DNA from: a virus
Lineage: Duplodnaviria; Caudoviricetes
Direction: 5' to 3' (one strand)
Length of the DNA stretch: 64,000 nt
IMG/VR virus record: IMGVR_UViG_3300008262_003210
The position numbers and the translations under genes were made by a program. How positions within the stretch are numbered: position 1 is the first letter of the stretch; each line of letters opens with the position of its first letter. Below the pieces are notes generated by a model that had not been told where the DNA came from, did not search any database, and saw only the letters and a list, made by a program, of their open reading frames with translations. Below are positions 48,092 to 58,044 of the stretch, one piece after another.

Positions 48092-48886
48092 ATGGCAGAT
48101 ATATACCCGCAAGATCCTGGGCTTTCTGATAGCACAATAGAGCGAAACAAAGCATTTGACTATGTTCGCAATATGCTAGGCGACGGCATGGTCGAAGTAG
48201 AATTAGATCCAAAACACTACGAAACAGCATTAGATCGTGCGCTAACTAAATTTCGTCAGCGTAGTAGTAATGCAGTGGAAGAAAGTTACATGTTTTTAGA
48301 ACTAATTCAAGACGTGAACGAATACAGACTGCCAGATGAAGTTATCGAAGTTCAGAGTATTTTTAGACGTGCAGTGGGTTCTCGTAGCGGTTTGGGTGCA
48401 GGCGGAACATTGTTCGAGCCGTTCAACTTGGCGTACACAAACAGCTACTTGTTAACTGGTAGTATGATGGGCGGACTAGCAACATATGAAATGTTTGCTG
48501 GATATCAAAAATTAGTAGGACGTATGTTTGGTGCTTACATAGAATTTAAATGGCGTCAAACTAATCATATACTAACCATACTGCAACGTCCTTTTGCAGC
48601 AGGTGAACAAGTACTGTTAAGAACTCATAACTTCCGTCCAGATTTCATTTTACTACAAGACATCTATGCAAAGCAGTGGTTGTACGACTACACATTAGCA
48701 GTATGTAAACTAATGCTAGGTGAAGCTCGTAGTAAATTTGGAAATATTGCCGGACCCGGTGGATCAGGAATACAACTTAACGGTACTGCACTTATGACCG
48801 CAGGCCAACAAGAAATCGAAAAACTTGAAAAAGAAATCAACGATATGGTTCCGGGCGGTACACCGCTAACATTTGTAATTGGTTAA
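48092..48886 (+). CDS. gp13: Neck/head-tail connector protein, T4 gp13-like (264 aa)
   Basis: Y....LG...V.VEL...H...A...AL..F; W..DY..A..K...GE.R.KF....GP.G...LNG..L...G..E...LE.E. Confidence 0.75.
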   Translation: MADIYPQDPGLSDSTIERNKAFDYVRNMLGDGMVEVELDPKHYETALDRALTKFRQRSSNAVEESYMFLELIQDVNEYRLPDEVIEVQSIFRRAVGSRSGLGAGGTLFEPFNLAYTNSYLLTGSMMGGLATYEMFAGYQKLVGRMFGAYIEFKWRQTNHILTILQRPFAAGEQVLLRTHNFRPDFILLQDIYAKQWLYDYTLAVCKLMLGEARSKFGNIAGPGGSGIQLNGTALMTAGQQEIEKLEKEINDMVPGGTPLTFVIG

Positions 48887-48893
48887 AAATATC

Positions 48894-48922
48894 TTGACCT
48901 TGTAATAAACCTGTTATATACT
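48894..48922 (+). promoter_or_regulatory. Sigma70-type promoter for dNMP kinase
   Basis: TTGACC(48894-48899)-N17-TATACT(48917-48922), followed by AGGAG RBS. Confidence 0.7.
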
Positions 48923-48944
48923 AGAGCTAACTTAGGAGAGCTCT

Positions 48945-49628
48945 ATGATTATAGGCGTGTGTGGTTTTATTGGTTCTGGCAAAGATACAGTTGCCGATTA
49001 TCTAGTTAATTTTCATGGCTTTAGGCGAGAAAGTTTTGCTAATAGCTTAAAAGATGCTGTTGCCCATGTATTTGGCTGGGACAGAACTATGCTAGAAGGC
49101 CGCACAAAACAAGCACGTGAATGGCGCGAACAAGTAGATCCGTGGTGGGCTAACCGCTTGAATATGCCCAACTTAACTCCAAGACTAATGCTACAACTAT
49201 GGGGCACCGAAGTATGCCGCAGAGGCTTTCATGATGATATTTGGATTGCTAGCCTAGAAAATAAACTACGCAATAGCACAGACGACGTTGTCATTAGCGA
49301 TTGTCGCTTTCCTAATGAAATTAAATCAATTAAAACTGCCGGTGGCGTTGTAGTACGTGTTATCCGAGGTGAAGAACCTGAGTGGTACGAAGATGCTATT
49401 AATGCTAACCGTGGAGAAGTTGGTAATTTCTCATGGGCTACTAGTCGTAGTAGGCTTGAAAAACTAGGCATTCACGCTAGCGAAACAGCGTGGGTTGGAA
49501 CTAAGTTTGATGCTATCCTAGACAACAACGGCAGTATTGATGATCTGTATGCAAAAATTAGAGATCTGGTATCAGATCCCCTTGACGCCAACGAACGCCC
49601 TCTTTATGCAGGACTCGTTGGCAATTAG
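48945..49628 (+). CDS. gp1: Deoxynucleoside monophosphate kinase (T4 gp1-like)
   Basis: IIGVCGFIGSGKDT P-loop; FA..LK......F.W; R..LQ..GTE..R; ISD.RF.NE; H.SE; I.N.GS..DL. Confidence 0.9.
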   Translation: MIIGVCGFIGSGKDTVADYLVNFHGFRRESFANSLKDAVAHVFGWDRTMLEGRTKQAREWREQVDPWWANRLNMPNLTPRLMLQLWGTEVCRRGFHDDIWIASLENKLRNSTDDVVISDCRFPNEIKSIKTAGGVVVRVIRGEEPEWYEDAINANRGEVGNFSWATSRSRLEKLGIHASETAWVGTKFDAILDNNGSIDDLYAKIRDLVSDPLDANERPLYAGLVGN

Positions 49629-49884
49629 CACATATTGTTTTAAGGTTGTTATGGCGGCAATTGTTTAAGTCGCCATCTACATGAAACACATTAAACACTT
49701 CTCGGTGATTGCTTTTAAACCCGCACTTATCGCAAGTGTTTTTTATTTTATAGCCAGCACTTTGCCACCGAGGTGCAGTTATACCTCGTAGACAGTACCC
49801 ACAACGTTTTCTATAAAACGCTTTTCCTTCCTTGTAGTAATTGATTGCTACAGGATGTCTTCCGCATAAACAAAGTGGCCTCAT
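49558..49884 (-). CDS. HNH-family/Zn-binding protein (108 aa)
   Basis: C.C.......C..C; CDKCGF; HVDG..NN....NL..ICANC.R..H; TTAAATA motif just upstream on the minus strand. Confidence 0.7.
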   Translation of the reverse strand: MRPLCLCGRHPVAINYYKEGKAFYRKRCGYCLRGITAPRWQSAGYKIKNTCDKCGFKSNHREVFNVFHVDGDLNNCRHNNLKTICANCQRVLHKEGVRWRQGDLIPDL

Positions 49885-49950
49885 ACGAATATTTAAGCCT
49901 TTTTAGGACCTTTTTCACGGTAGATATACCTGTCAAAAAGCCAAAATACA

Positions 49951-49957
49951 CTAAATA
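49951..49957 (+). promoter_or_regulatory. Late promoter-like CTAAATA
   Basis: Upstream of tail sheath, followed by GGAG RBS. Confidence 0.6.
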
Positions 49958-49988
49958 CAATTAGAAATCGTATTCATGGAGATCATAA

Positions 49989-52900
49989 ATGGCTCAACTT
50001 AATTCACCGGGCGTAAGCGTAACAGTTATCGATGAAAGTTTTTATACATCGGCTGCACCTGGAACCACACCTTTAATTATTGTAACGTCTGAACAAGACA
50101 AATCAAATGGTGCATCAACAGGTACTGCTGTTGGTACTACTGCTATAAACGCAGGCAAAGTCTATCTAATGACTAGCCAAAAAGAGTTAGCAGATACATT
50201 TGGCACACCAATTTTTAAAACTGACGCAAACAATAATCCAATTCATGCTGGAGAACAAAACGAGTATGGTCTTCAAGCAGCATATAGTTATTTAGGCGTA
50301 AGCAACCGTGCTTATATTGTAAGAGCGGATGTTGACCTTGGTCAACTAGATCCTAGTGCAGAAGCACCTTCAGGTGATCCTGAAGATGGTACTTTATGGT
50401 TTGACACAAGAAGTACAAATTTTGGTATTTTTCAATGGAACAGCTCAGAAGCAACAGTTACTGGCGGGCAGACCTTTAGTAATAAAGTTCCTTTGGTAAT
50501 TACAGCATCTAGCGACATCGATGCAGGCGCTCCTAAGACTAGCATTGGAGCAGTTGGAGATTATGCACTTGTTTTACAAGATGCTGTCTACACCCTATTC
50601 TTTAAGAAAGGCAACACAGGCGGATCAGGACCTGCAACAGGAGCGTGGGTGGCAGTTGGAAGTTCTAACTGGATTAGAAGTTGGCCAGCAGCTCAAAGTT
50701 TAGCAACTCCTGCGGCACTATTGGTTGGTGATACCCTTTCTATTACTGTAGACGGTAATACAAATAATTACACAGGACATACAACATTAAGTTCTCTAGT
50801 AACTGACATCAATACAACGAACGAAGGTATTGGCGATGAGACCGATGCTCGCGGCATTTCTGCGGCAGTAATTAATGGTCGATTAGAATTGTACACAACT
50901 GGAGAAAACTTCAGTGTTAGCGGTACTGCTGTTGCAAAACTAAGACTAGTATCAGATGGTAGCGGTTCATGGGCAAGCTCAGGAACATTTATTGCACCTA
51001 CTCTTAAAACAAGCCCGCACTACACAGTTCCTACATTTAAACGTTCAGACAACAATTCGTCTGTTCAAGGATACCCAACTGGGTCTCTATGGGTTAAAAC
51101 AACAGATCCTAATTTAGGTGCTCGTTGGAGAGTTAAAGTTTATAACGAAGCTATTAATAGTTGGGTTGATAAAACAGCACCGTTGTTTAGTTCAAATGCA
51201 GAAGCACTTAAAGGGCTAGACTCAGCAGGTGGCGGTATTAACTTAACACAAAGCGCACTATTTGTAAAAACAAACGTAGACGAATCAGTAAACGGCCAAG
51301 GCAATGTTGTTAACGCAAATTTCAAAATTTACGCTCGTAAGGTATCAGGCGCAACTGAAATTTCTTCAACTTCTTCTTTCACTGGATTTACAGCTGGTAG
51401 CAATGAGTTTACAATTCAGGAAACAGTTAAAGGAAAAGCAACACTTTCAGACGCTCTTACTGTTGAATTTACAGCATTAGGCGGTTCATCAAATGCCGCA
51501 GCTGATATTGACACATTTATTGCTGCACTAACAGCTAAATTAAGCGATGCTACTTGGGCAACATCTCCAATTAGTTCAAGAGTAACTGTTTCTAAAACAA
51601 CTACTGGAACAGTTTTAATTCGTCATAACGATGGCGGAGATATTGTATTTGATGAATCAACAGCAACTCCGTTAACAGATCTTTTCACTCCATATACTGT
51701 AGATGTAAACGGTGTTGGACAAGGTACTGTTAATTTTTATGACAACAGCACTGGAAGCGGATATGTTGCATCTCTTTGGAGCCCATACCCAGCAATTTCT
51801 ACCAGTTCAGACGCACCAACTACAGAAGCACCAGATGGACAATTATGGTACAACTCTATGGTTGATGAAGTTGATGTGTTAGTTCACAACGGCGAAACAT
51901 GGGTAGGTTATCAATACAACGGTACTGGAATTTCTGCAATTACTTCTCCATATTATACAGCGGTAGAAGATGACAAAACTGATCCAAAAGGCCCAATCAT
52001 AAGTGCCACAAAACCAAAGACACAAACAGATGGTACTTCATTAGTATCTGGAGATTTGTGGGTTGACACCAGCGATTTGGAAAATTATCCTTCGCTTTAC
52101 AAATACAATAAAGATTTAGGAAAATGGGTTGCAGTAGATACAGGCGACCAAACAACTGAAGAAGGAATTCTATTTGCAGACGCTCGTTGGGCTACATCAG
52201 GAGAATCTGCTGATTCTTCAACAGTAATAGAACTGTTAGTTAGCGACTTTGTAGACTTCGATGCACCAGACCCTGCATTGTACCCACGTGGTATGTTGTT
52301 ATGGAATTTACGTCGTTCAGGATTTAATGTTAAGAAATTTGTACACGATTACATTGATGTTACTGCTGATAACGTAAGACAAGACGGCGCTAGCATGGCA
52401 AATTATTATGCTAATCGTTGGGTTACTGAGTCTGGCAATCAAGCTAGCGGAGCAGGAACATTTGGCCGTAAAGCACAACGTAAAGTGATTGTTCAATCAT
52501 TGCAAGCTCTTGTAAACAGCAATCAACAAATTAGAGATGAAGAAAGCCGTATATTTAATTTAATCGCTTGCCCAGGATATCCTGAATTAATTAGTGAAAT
52601 GACAGCACTTAATTACGACAGAGGATTAACTGCGTTTGTTGTAGGAGATACTCCAGCAAGATTAACACCAGATGCAACTAGCCTCAATAATTGGGGCAAG
52701 AACGTTGCAGGTGCATTTGAAGACAATGACGACGGTTTAGTTACTTCAGACGAATATCTAGGAATTTTCTATCCATGGGGCTTTACTAGCGACAACATTG
52801 GTAATAACATTGTTGTTCCTCCAAGTAACATGATTTTACGTACTATTGCATTAAATGACCAAGTTAGTTATCCATGGTTTGCACCAGCAGGTACACGTCG

Positions 52901-53408
52901 CGGCGGCATTACTAATGCAACAGCAGTTGGTTACATTACCAGCGAAGGCGAATTCCAATCTGTATCATTAAATACTGGACAACGAGACACTCTTGCTGAT
53001 AGTAAAATTAATCCAATTACATTTATCACAGGAACTGGACTTGTTAACTACGGGCAATATACTCGTGCTAGAAACGCCAGTGCATTGGATCGTATCAATG
53101 TAGCTCGTCTAGTAGTTTACCTACGTCGTCAGTTTGCACTATTGGCCAAACCATATGTATTTGAACCAAACGACAAAGTAACAAGAGATGAATTAAAAGG
53201 TGCTGTAGAAAGCCTACTTTTAGAATTAGTAGGACAACGTGCTCTATATGACTACATTGTAGTTTGTGATACAAGTAATAATACCCCAGCACGTATTGAC
53301 AGAAACGAACTATATCTAGACGTTGCGATTGAACCAGTTAAGGCAGTGGAATTTATCTATATTCCACTACGCTTGAAGAACACTGGCGAAATCAAGGGCC
53401 TAGCATAA
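49989..53408 (+). CDS. gp18: Tail sheath protein with large internal insertion (1139 aa)
   Basis: L.SPGVSVTVIDES N-terminus; C-terminal WFAPAG..RG, INPI.F..G.G...YGQ.T.....SALDRINV.RL..Y.R...FEPND...R, CD.SNNTP.RID.NEL..D..I.P.K..EFIYIP. Confidence 0.95.
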   Translation: MAQLNSPGVSVTVIDESFYTSAAPGTTPLIIVTSEQDKSNGASTGTAVGTTAINAGKVYLMTSQKELADTFGTPIFKTDANNNPIHAGEQNEYGLQAAYSYLGVSNRAYIVRADVDLGQLDPSAEAPSGDPEDGTLWFDTRSTNFGIFQWNSSEATVTGGQTFSNKVPLVITASSDIDAGAPKTSIGAVGDYALVLQDAVYTLFFKKGNTGGSGPATGAWVAVGSSNWIRSWPAAQSLATPAALLVGDTLSITVDGNTNNYTGHTTLSSLVTDINTTNEGIGDETDARGISAAVINGRLELYTTGENFSVSGTAVAKLRLVSDGSGSWASSGTFIAPTLKTSPHYTVPTFKRSDNNSSVQGYPTGSLWVKTTDPNLGARWRVKVYNEAINSWVDKTAPLFSSNAEALKGLDSAGGGINLTQSALFVKTNVDESVNGQGNVVNANFKIYARKVSGATEISSTSSFTGFTAGSNEFTIQETVKGKATLSDALTVEFTALGGSSNAAADIDTFIAALTAKLSDATWATSPISSRVTVSKTTTGTVLIRHNDGGDIVFDESTATPLTDLFTPYTVDVNGVGQGTVNFYDNSTGSGYVASLWSPYPAISTSSDAPTTEAPDGQLWYNSMVDEVDVLVHNGETWVGYQYNGTGISAITSPYYTAVEDDKTDPKGPIISATKPKTQTDGTSLVSGDLWVDTSDLENYPSLYKYNKDLGKWVAVDTGDQTTEEGILFADARWATSGESADSSTVIELLVSDFVDFDAPDPALYPRGMLLWNLRRSGFNVKKFVHDYIDVTADNVRQDGASMANYYANRWVTESGNQASGAGTFGRKAQRKVIVQSLQALVNSNQQIRDEESRIFNLIACPGYPELISEMTALNYDRGLTAFVVGDTPARLTPDATSLNNWGKNVAGAFEDNDDGLVTSDEYLGIFYPWGFTSDNIGNNIVVPPSNMILRTIALNDQVSYPWFAPAGTRRGGITNATAVGYITSEGEFQSVSLNTGQRDTLADSKINPITFITGTGLVNYGQYTRARNASALDRINVARLVVYLRRQFALLAKPYVFEPNDKVTRDELKGAVESLLLELVGQRALYDYIVVCDTSNNTPARIDRNELYLDVAIEPVKAVEFIYIPLRLKNTGEIKGLA

Positions 53409-53427
53409 TAATAACGGAGCATACAAA

Positions 53428-54051
53428 ATGGCAATCGCAAGTTTATCAAAATTTACAGTACCTTTAGCAACTGATCAATCAGCTAGTGCTCAAGGTATGT
53501 TGATGCCGAAGTTAAAATATCGCTTTAGAGTGATGTTTGAAAACTTTGGAGTTTCAACACCAACTACAGAACTAACAAAACAAGTTCAAGATGCAGCTCG
53601 TCCAAGTGTTACTTTTGAAAACCAGAAAATTATGGTTTATAACTCAACTATTAACTACGCAGGCCGTCCAACATGGAATGAACTTATAGTTAAACTTCGT
53701 GACGATGTAACTGGTCAAGTTTCGAAACTTGTTGGTGAGCAAATGCAAAAGCAATTTGACTTCTTTGAACAAAGTAGCGCAGCTTCAGGCGGCGACTACA
53801 AGTTCTTAATGCGTGTTGAAATGCTAGACGGCGGCAACGGAGCACAAACACCTAACGTTCTTGAAACATGGGAGTGCTATGGTTGTTATGTCAAAGCTGC
53901 AAACTATAACCAAATTGGTTACGGTACTCAGGATATGTTAACCATTGATTTAACAATTCAACCAGATAACTGTATTCAAACATCAGGTGGAGCAAGTGCT
54001 CCTACTTCAAGACGTATTGGTACAGCAGCAACAGCAGCTGGAGCAAGATAA
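53428..54051 (+). CDS. gp19: Tail tube protein (T4 gp19-like, 207 aa)
   Basis: Follows sheath; PKLKYRFRV.F; RP...F......YN....AG...W..........DD; E.LDG......LE.W...GC......Y..........I..D. Confidence 0.85.
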   Translation: MAIASLSKFTVPLATDQSASAQGMLMPKLKYRFRVMFENFGVSTPTTELTKQVQDAARPSVTFENQKIMVYNSTINYAGRPTWNELIVKLRDDVTGQVSKLVGEQMQKQFDFFEQSSAASGGDYKFLMRVEMLDGGNGAQTPNVLETWECYGCYVKAANYNQIGYGTQDMLTIDLTIQPDNCIQTSGGASAPTSRRIGTAATAAGAR

Positions 54052-54058
54052 TAAAACT

Positions 54059-54081
54059 GGCCTACTTAGTAGGCCTTTTTT
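54059..54081 (+). terminator. Intrinsic terminator after tail tube gene
   Basis: GGCCTAC-TTA-GTAGGCC followed by TTTTTT. Confidence 0.8.
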
Positions 54082-54116
54082 ATAGGTAACCATTAACTAC
54101 TCAGTTAATAACCATA

Positions 54117-54124
54117 GATAAATA
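54117..54124 (+). promoter_or_regulatory. Late promoter-like GATAAATA
   Basis: Lies after the terminator and 5 nt before the ATG at 54130; no RBS evident. Confidence 0.6.
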
Positions 54125-54129
54125 TTTGT

Positions 54130-55116
54130 ATGGCATTCACACCTAATAATTTTTTATATTCTCCAAGCAACGTCACGTTGAAAGACTATCAACATGCGGC
54201 ACGTATTTTTGTTGACGATCAATTTAGACTAGCTCCAAAACTTAAATTTTTATTTCATGTTGCCTTTAGCATTAATCCTGCGGCTTTACGCAACATAGAT
54301 CTAGTTGAAAAATATAGAAACGAAATTAATGTATTAGTAAAAGCAGTTGATCTTCCTCAGTTTAAAGTTAGTACTGACACACTGAATCAGTACAACAGAA
54401 AAAAAGTCATTCAAACAACACACAAATACGAACCAATAAATGTTACGTTTCACGACGACAACATGGGTTTAATTAATCAGTTATGGCAAAATTACTATAG
54501 TTACTATTATGCAGACACTAATAGTGCTAGTACCCCAGGCGCTTATAGAAGGAATGCAACTCGGAACTCAAATTTTATAACAACGCCTTATGGTCTAGAC
54601 AATGGCAGTACAACACCATTTTTTAACTATATTACAATTTATCAAATGGCTCGTCACGAATATGTTAGTTATACGTTAGTTAATCCGTTGATTAATTCAT
54701 TTAACCACAACAAACTAGATTCAGCACAACCCGGCATTCATGATTTTACTATGGGAATTGCATTTGAATCGGTAGCCTATTCGTATGGTGAAGTGACAAC
54801 AGGCGATCCAGATGGATTTGGCTTTCAACATTACGATCAAATTCCAAGCTCTTTACAAGCTGGAGATACTCCATCGCAAGCACTTTCTAGTTTCAACAGT
54901 GGTAGTTTAGATGGAACACAAGTATTAGATACTGTTTCTCAACAGATTAACACATATCAAAACACCAAAGAAAATCAAAATTCAGGAGCAGTAACATCTG
55001 CTTCAACACCTCAAACTAGTACAAGCACTAGCGGGTTACAAGGATTCAATTTTCCCTCAGCTACAGTAAGTAATCCTCAAGCAGTGGTTGCTTCTCAGTC
55101 ATCAATAGGACGATAA
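54130..55116 (+). CDS. Tail-tube-like/baseplate hub protein (gp48/gp54-like), 328 aa
   Basis: VK.VDLP.F....T.NQYNRK......KY.P....FHDD is a tube-fold signature; low-complexity Ser/Thr/Gln tail. Confidence 0.6.
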   Translation: MAFTPNNFLYSPSNVTLKDYQHAARIFVDDQFRLAPKLKFLFHVAFSINPAALRNIDLVEKYRNEINVLVKAVDLPQFKVSTDTLNQYNRKKVIQTTHKYEPINVTFHDDNMGLINQLWQNYYSYYYADTNSASTPGAYRRNATRNSNFITTPYGLDNGSTTPFFNYITIYQMARHEYVSYTLVNPLINSFNHNKLDSAQPGIHDFTMGIAFESVAYSYGEVTTGDPDGFGFQHYDQIPSSLQAGDTPSQALSSFNSGSLDGTQVLDTVSQQINTYQNTKENQNSGAVTSASTPQTSTSTSGLQGFNFPSATVSNPQAVVASQSSIGR

Positions 55117-55117
55117 C

Positions 55118-55480
55118 ATGGCAACAAATTTACCAGCCGAACAAAGCACAACTGTGGATGTAAGACAATTCTTTGATAAGTTTTATACAAATCAAATTAC
55201 ATTTCCTAGCAATCAAATTGATGCCGTAGTTGGTTTCTTTGAGAAACACGGATTTGATGTTGAGAGTGCTAGAAGTACTAGTATTGTTTTACTCAATCAG
55301 GCCCGTGAAGATAATGTAAACGTGTTTCAACTGATTGATACTCTTAAAACTTTATCAGATGTACAGTTAAGTCAGGTAGTGGCTCAAGTATTAAACACTT
55401 ACAGAGAAAAAATAAGTGTCTTAGGATATCGCATTGCGTCTATTGAAGACGAATACGAAAGTAGAAACATTCTAGTATAA
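55118..55480 (+). CDS. Hypothetical virion/baseplate-associated protein (120 aa)
   Basis: Intact ORF, coupled to both neighbours. Confidence 0.6.
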   Translation: MATNLPAEQSTTVDVRQFFDKFYTNQITFPSNQIDAVVGFFEKHGFDVESARSTSIVLLNQAREDNVNVFQLIDTLKTLSDVQLSQVVAQVLNTYREKISVLGYRIASIEDEYESRNILV

Positions 55481-55908
55481 TGGCCAAATTTGCACGTGGA
55501 AAATTCAATATGAAACACCCAGAAAAATATGTAGGGAATAAAAGTCCTACATATAGAAGTTCATGGGAGCATAGTTTTATGAATTTTTGCGATGTAAATG
55601 AAAATGTACACAAGTGGGCCAGTGAAGCTATTCAAATTCCCTATAGAGATCCGTTAACAGGCCGTCAAACGGTATATGTACCCGATTTCTTCATCCAATA
55701 TATTGATAAGTTTAACAAAACACACATTGAGCTGATTGAGATTAAGCCAGCTAGTCAAACTATTTTAGAGCGTGTTGGAAAAAACAAATACAATCAAGCA
55801 CAGTTTGTAAAAAATCAAGCTAAATGGGCCGCGGCTAATATATGGTGTAGACAACAAGGTATAAAATTCCGCATCATTAACGAAAATGACATGTTTCATC
55901 AAGCATAA
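55480..55908 (+). CDS. gp4: Head completion nuclease, T4 gp4-like (TnsA-N PD-(D/E)xK fold), 142 aa
   Basis: G.F....PEKY.G......YRSSWE..FM.FCD.......WASE...IPY.......Y.PDF...IEIKP..Q...N.AKW.AA. Confidence 0.85.
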   Translation: MAKFARGKFNMKHPEKYVGNKSPTYRSSWEHSFMNFCDVNENVHKWASEAIQIPYRDPLTGRQTVYVPDFFIQYIDKFNKTHIELIEIKPASQTILERVGKNKYNQAQFVKNQAKWAAANIWCRQQGIKFRIINENDMFHQA

Positions 55909-55915
55909 GTAAAGT

Positions 55916-56410
55916 ATGACCAAAAAACTTGAAGAATTACTAAATCTCCCTGACAGTAAAAAAATAATCAAGGACGAGGAAAAACAACAGGCTAAGATAG
56001 AAATAGCCAAAACTCAGCCTTTGCTTAGAGATGTGTCAGAATTTGATAAAATTGCGGCTGCATTGCCTCAAGTAAAGGGACTGGGTGATGTCAGTGACAG
56101 TGAATTCGATGCACTAGCCCAACGTGCTACAGATGCCTACGATGATTTGATGGATCTAGGTATGAATGTAGAAGCCCGTTATAGCGGCCGTATTTTTGAA
56201 GTTGCGGGCACAATGCTAAAAAATGCTATTGACGCAAAAGCTGCCAAAATTGACAAAAAACTTAAAATGATTGAGTTGCAACTTAAAAAACAGAAACTGG
56301 ATCAAGATGCTGCCGGCGGCGAGGATCACGGTATCAACCTAAACGGCGACGGCGTTATCATAACGGATCGCAACAGCCTCATCGAAAAACTTAAAAATAT
56401 GAATAAATAA
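55916..56410 (+). CDS. Probable terminase small subunit (gp16-like), 164 aa
   Basis: Helical; R..EVAG..LK...DA...K...KL..I.LQ resembles T4-like TerS; located upstream of TerL. Confidence 0.55.
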   Translation: MTKKLEELLNLPDSKKIIKDEEKQQAKIEIAKTQPLLRDVSEFDKIAAALPQVKGLGDVSDSEFDALAQRATDAYDDLMDLGMNVEARYSGRIFEVAGTMLKNAIDAKAAKIDKKLKMIELQLKKQKLDQDAAGGEDHGINLNGDGVIITDRNSLIEKLKNMNK

Positions 56411-56427
56411 CATATCAGGATTACAAT

Positions 56428-57051
56428 ATGAGATCATTTACAGAATACCTAATGGAAGGCAAGAAAGTTTACGAATTTAAGGTAAAACTTGCCGGTGACT
56501 ACAAAAACGCTGCAGATGCTATTAAACTAGCACTAGCACCTTATAAAGTAGAAAGTTGTTCAGCGGGCAAACGTTTGCCCATAGCAGAAACCCACAGCGA
56601 TTTCCCCAATCACAAAAATGTAAATGTTACAATTTTTGATGTTTGTACAGCTTATCCAACAAACAGCGCAACAGTACGTGCTGCTATTGCTGATAAATGT
56701 CGTTGCACATTAGAGAGTGTTAAAGTGCGTACACCAATGGAAGAAGCTGAGATTGCTCTTAATCATGCCAATGATGAAAAAAGCGGAGAAGCGTTGTTAG
56801 GTAAAGACTATGATGCAACTTCAGAAGGCCAAAAACTAGTTGGTGAAAAACAAAAAATGAGTTTGTTAAAACAATTAACAAAAGACAAAAAAACGCTTGA
56901 GCAATATACAGGTGTTAACGATTCTATCTTAGCTAAGAGCGCACCTACAAGCGAATCAGCTGCTTCAGATAGCAGTAAAATTAATTCAAAGAGCCCGGTT
57001 GGCAGTACGAAAGTTAAAAAGCCAACAGCCAAAACTGTTGGAGTAAAATAA
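56428..57051 (+). CDS. Hypothetical protein (207 aa)
   Basis: Intact ORF preceded by ATAAATA (56403-56409); MRSFTEYL.E start typical of T4-like head-associated proteins. Confidence 0.6.
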   Translation: MRSFTEYLMEGKKVYEFKVKLAGDYKNAADAIKLALAPYKVESCSAGKRLPIAETHSDFPNHKNVNVTIFDVCTAYPTNSATVRAAIADKCRCTLESVKVRTPMEEAEIALNHANDEKSGEALLGKDYDATSEGQKLVGEKQKMSLLKQLTKDKKTLEQYTGVNDSILAKSAPTSESAASDSSKINSKSPVGSTKVKKPTAKTVGVK

Positions 57052-57581
57052 TGAACTTTCAAGACTTATTATCAAAATTAAAAACCTTAGACGAATCGGG
57101 TCAAGGTGTTATGGCGCCACCAAGCGAGCCAGAGTTACCTGAATGCGGTGACATGGATGGCGAGCCTAACAAAATGGCCGGCGGTGATTTATTAACTGGT
57201 GAATGCGGTACTAGCATGATGCCTATGAGCGCACCTAAACAAAGCGATTCAGTAACTATGAACGTTAGCATGAACGGCAGCGGTTCTGGCGGTATCAAAG
57301 ACCTATTAGACATTCTGAGAAACATTGAAAAAAGTGGCGGAGATATGCCTGCTGGACACGATGATGACGATGTATTATTTGGCATTGGAAAAGAAGGATT
57401 TGACGATGCAACTACTGTGCCCGATCCGCAAGTAGCAGGTATGGGTGCAGTAATACCCACAGGCGATGATATGTTTAGCAAAGGTAAAGAAGCGCCTAAA
57501 GTAAACGGTGGTGGCAATCCAATGCGCGAAGCCTTAATTGCCAGATTATCAGAAAAATATCAAACAATTAAAGGAAACTAA
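57051..57581 (+). CDS. Hypothetical acidic low-complexity protein (176 aa)
   Basis: Intact ORF coupled by a TAATG overlap. Confidence 0.6.
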   Translation: MNFQDLLSKLKTLDESGQGVMAPPSEPELPECGDMDGEPNKMAGGDLLTGECGTSMMPMSAPKQSDSVTMNVSMNGSGSGGIKDLLDILRNIEKSGGDMPAGHDDDDVLFGIGKEGFDDATTVPDPQVAGMGAVIPTGDDMFSKGKEAPKVNGGGNPMREALIARLSEKYQTIKGN

Positions 57582-57582
57582 T

Positions 57583-57984
57583 ATGTCTTCACTAGCAGAA
57601 CAAATTAAAGAACTGCAACTTAAATTGCAGGCAATACAAGAAGCAGAGGTAGCTGCGTTTCAACCCACTGGTAGCGATGCAGTAGGGTCAATTGCCAGTA
57701 CCGATGCGCCGCCCGCACCTGCACCAGTGCCCCAATCAGCTGGAGAACAGATTCCAACAATAGAAGCACCAACATTTAGCCAAGCATACGCACAGGCTAA
57801 AAAACAAGGATTAAAGAAATTTAAATGGTGTGGTGTGTATGCAGTTAAAGATAAAGTAAGACCGCAACCAGTTCCACCAAGACCAAAACCAAGACCGCCA
57901 GAAGCAACACAGGATTTCCAAGTAACAAATCCAATGGGCGACTTCGATCCTACAGCGTTCAGCGGACAAGCTGCTGCTCGGTAA
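57583..57984 (+). CDS. Hypothetical Pro-rich protein (about 133 aa; start re-called at MSSL)
   Basis: AAGGA RBS before ATG 57583; TF.QA.A.A.K.G.K.F.W.G motif shared with 59648..62599. Confidence 0.6.
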   Translation: MSSLAEQIKELQLKLQAIQEAEVAAFQPTGSDAVGSIASTDAPPAPAPVPQSAGEQIPTIEAPTFSQAYAQAKKQGLKKFKWCGVYAVKDKVRPQPVPPRPKPRPPEATQDFQVTNPMGDFDPTAFSGQAAAR

Positions 57985-58002
57985 TATCTTTGCAGTTATA
58001 TC

Positions 58003-58030
58003 AAAAGGGGCTCTTTGGAGCCCTTTTTTT
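58003..58030 (+). terminator. Intrinsic, possibly bidirectional terminator before terL
   Basis: AAAAG-GGGCTC-TTTG-GAGCCC-TTTTTTT. Confidence 0.8.
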
Positions 58031-58032
58031 AT

Positions 58033-58039
58033 GTAAATA
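58033..58039 (+). promoter_or_regulatory. Late promoter-like GTAAATA
   Basis: Directly after the terminator and 5 nt before terL ATG (58045). Confidence 0.55.
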
Positions 58040-58044
58040 AAGTT

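Noticed and set aside
55480-55908. TnsA-like transposase indicating a Tn7 element
   Set aside because: Matches the T4 gp4 head-completion pattern in a morphogenesis context; no tnsB/C or terminal repeats.
57538-57583. Possible programmed frameshift joining 57051..57581 to the next ORF
   Set aside because: No canonical slippery heptamer or downstream structure; an RBS and ATG at 57583 explain the second gene.
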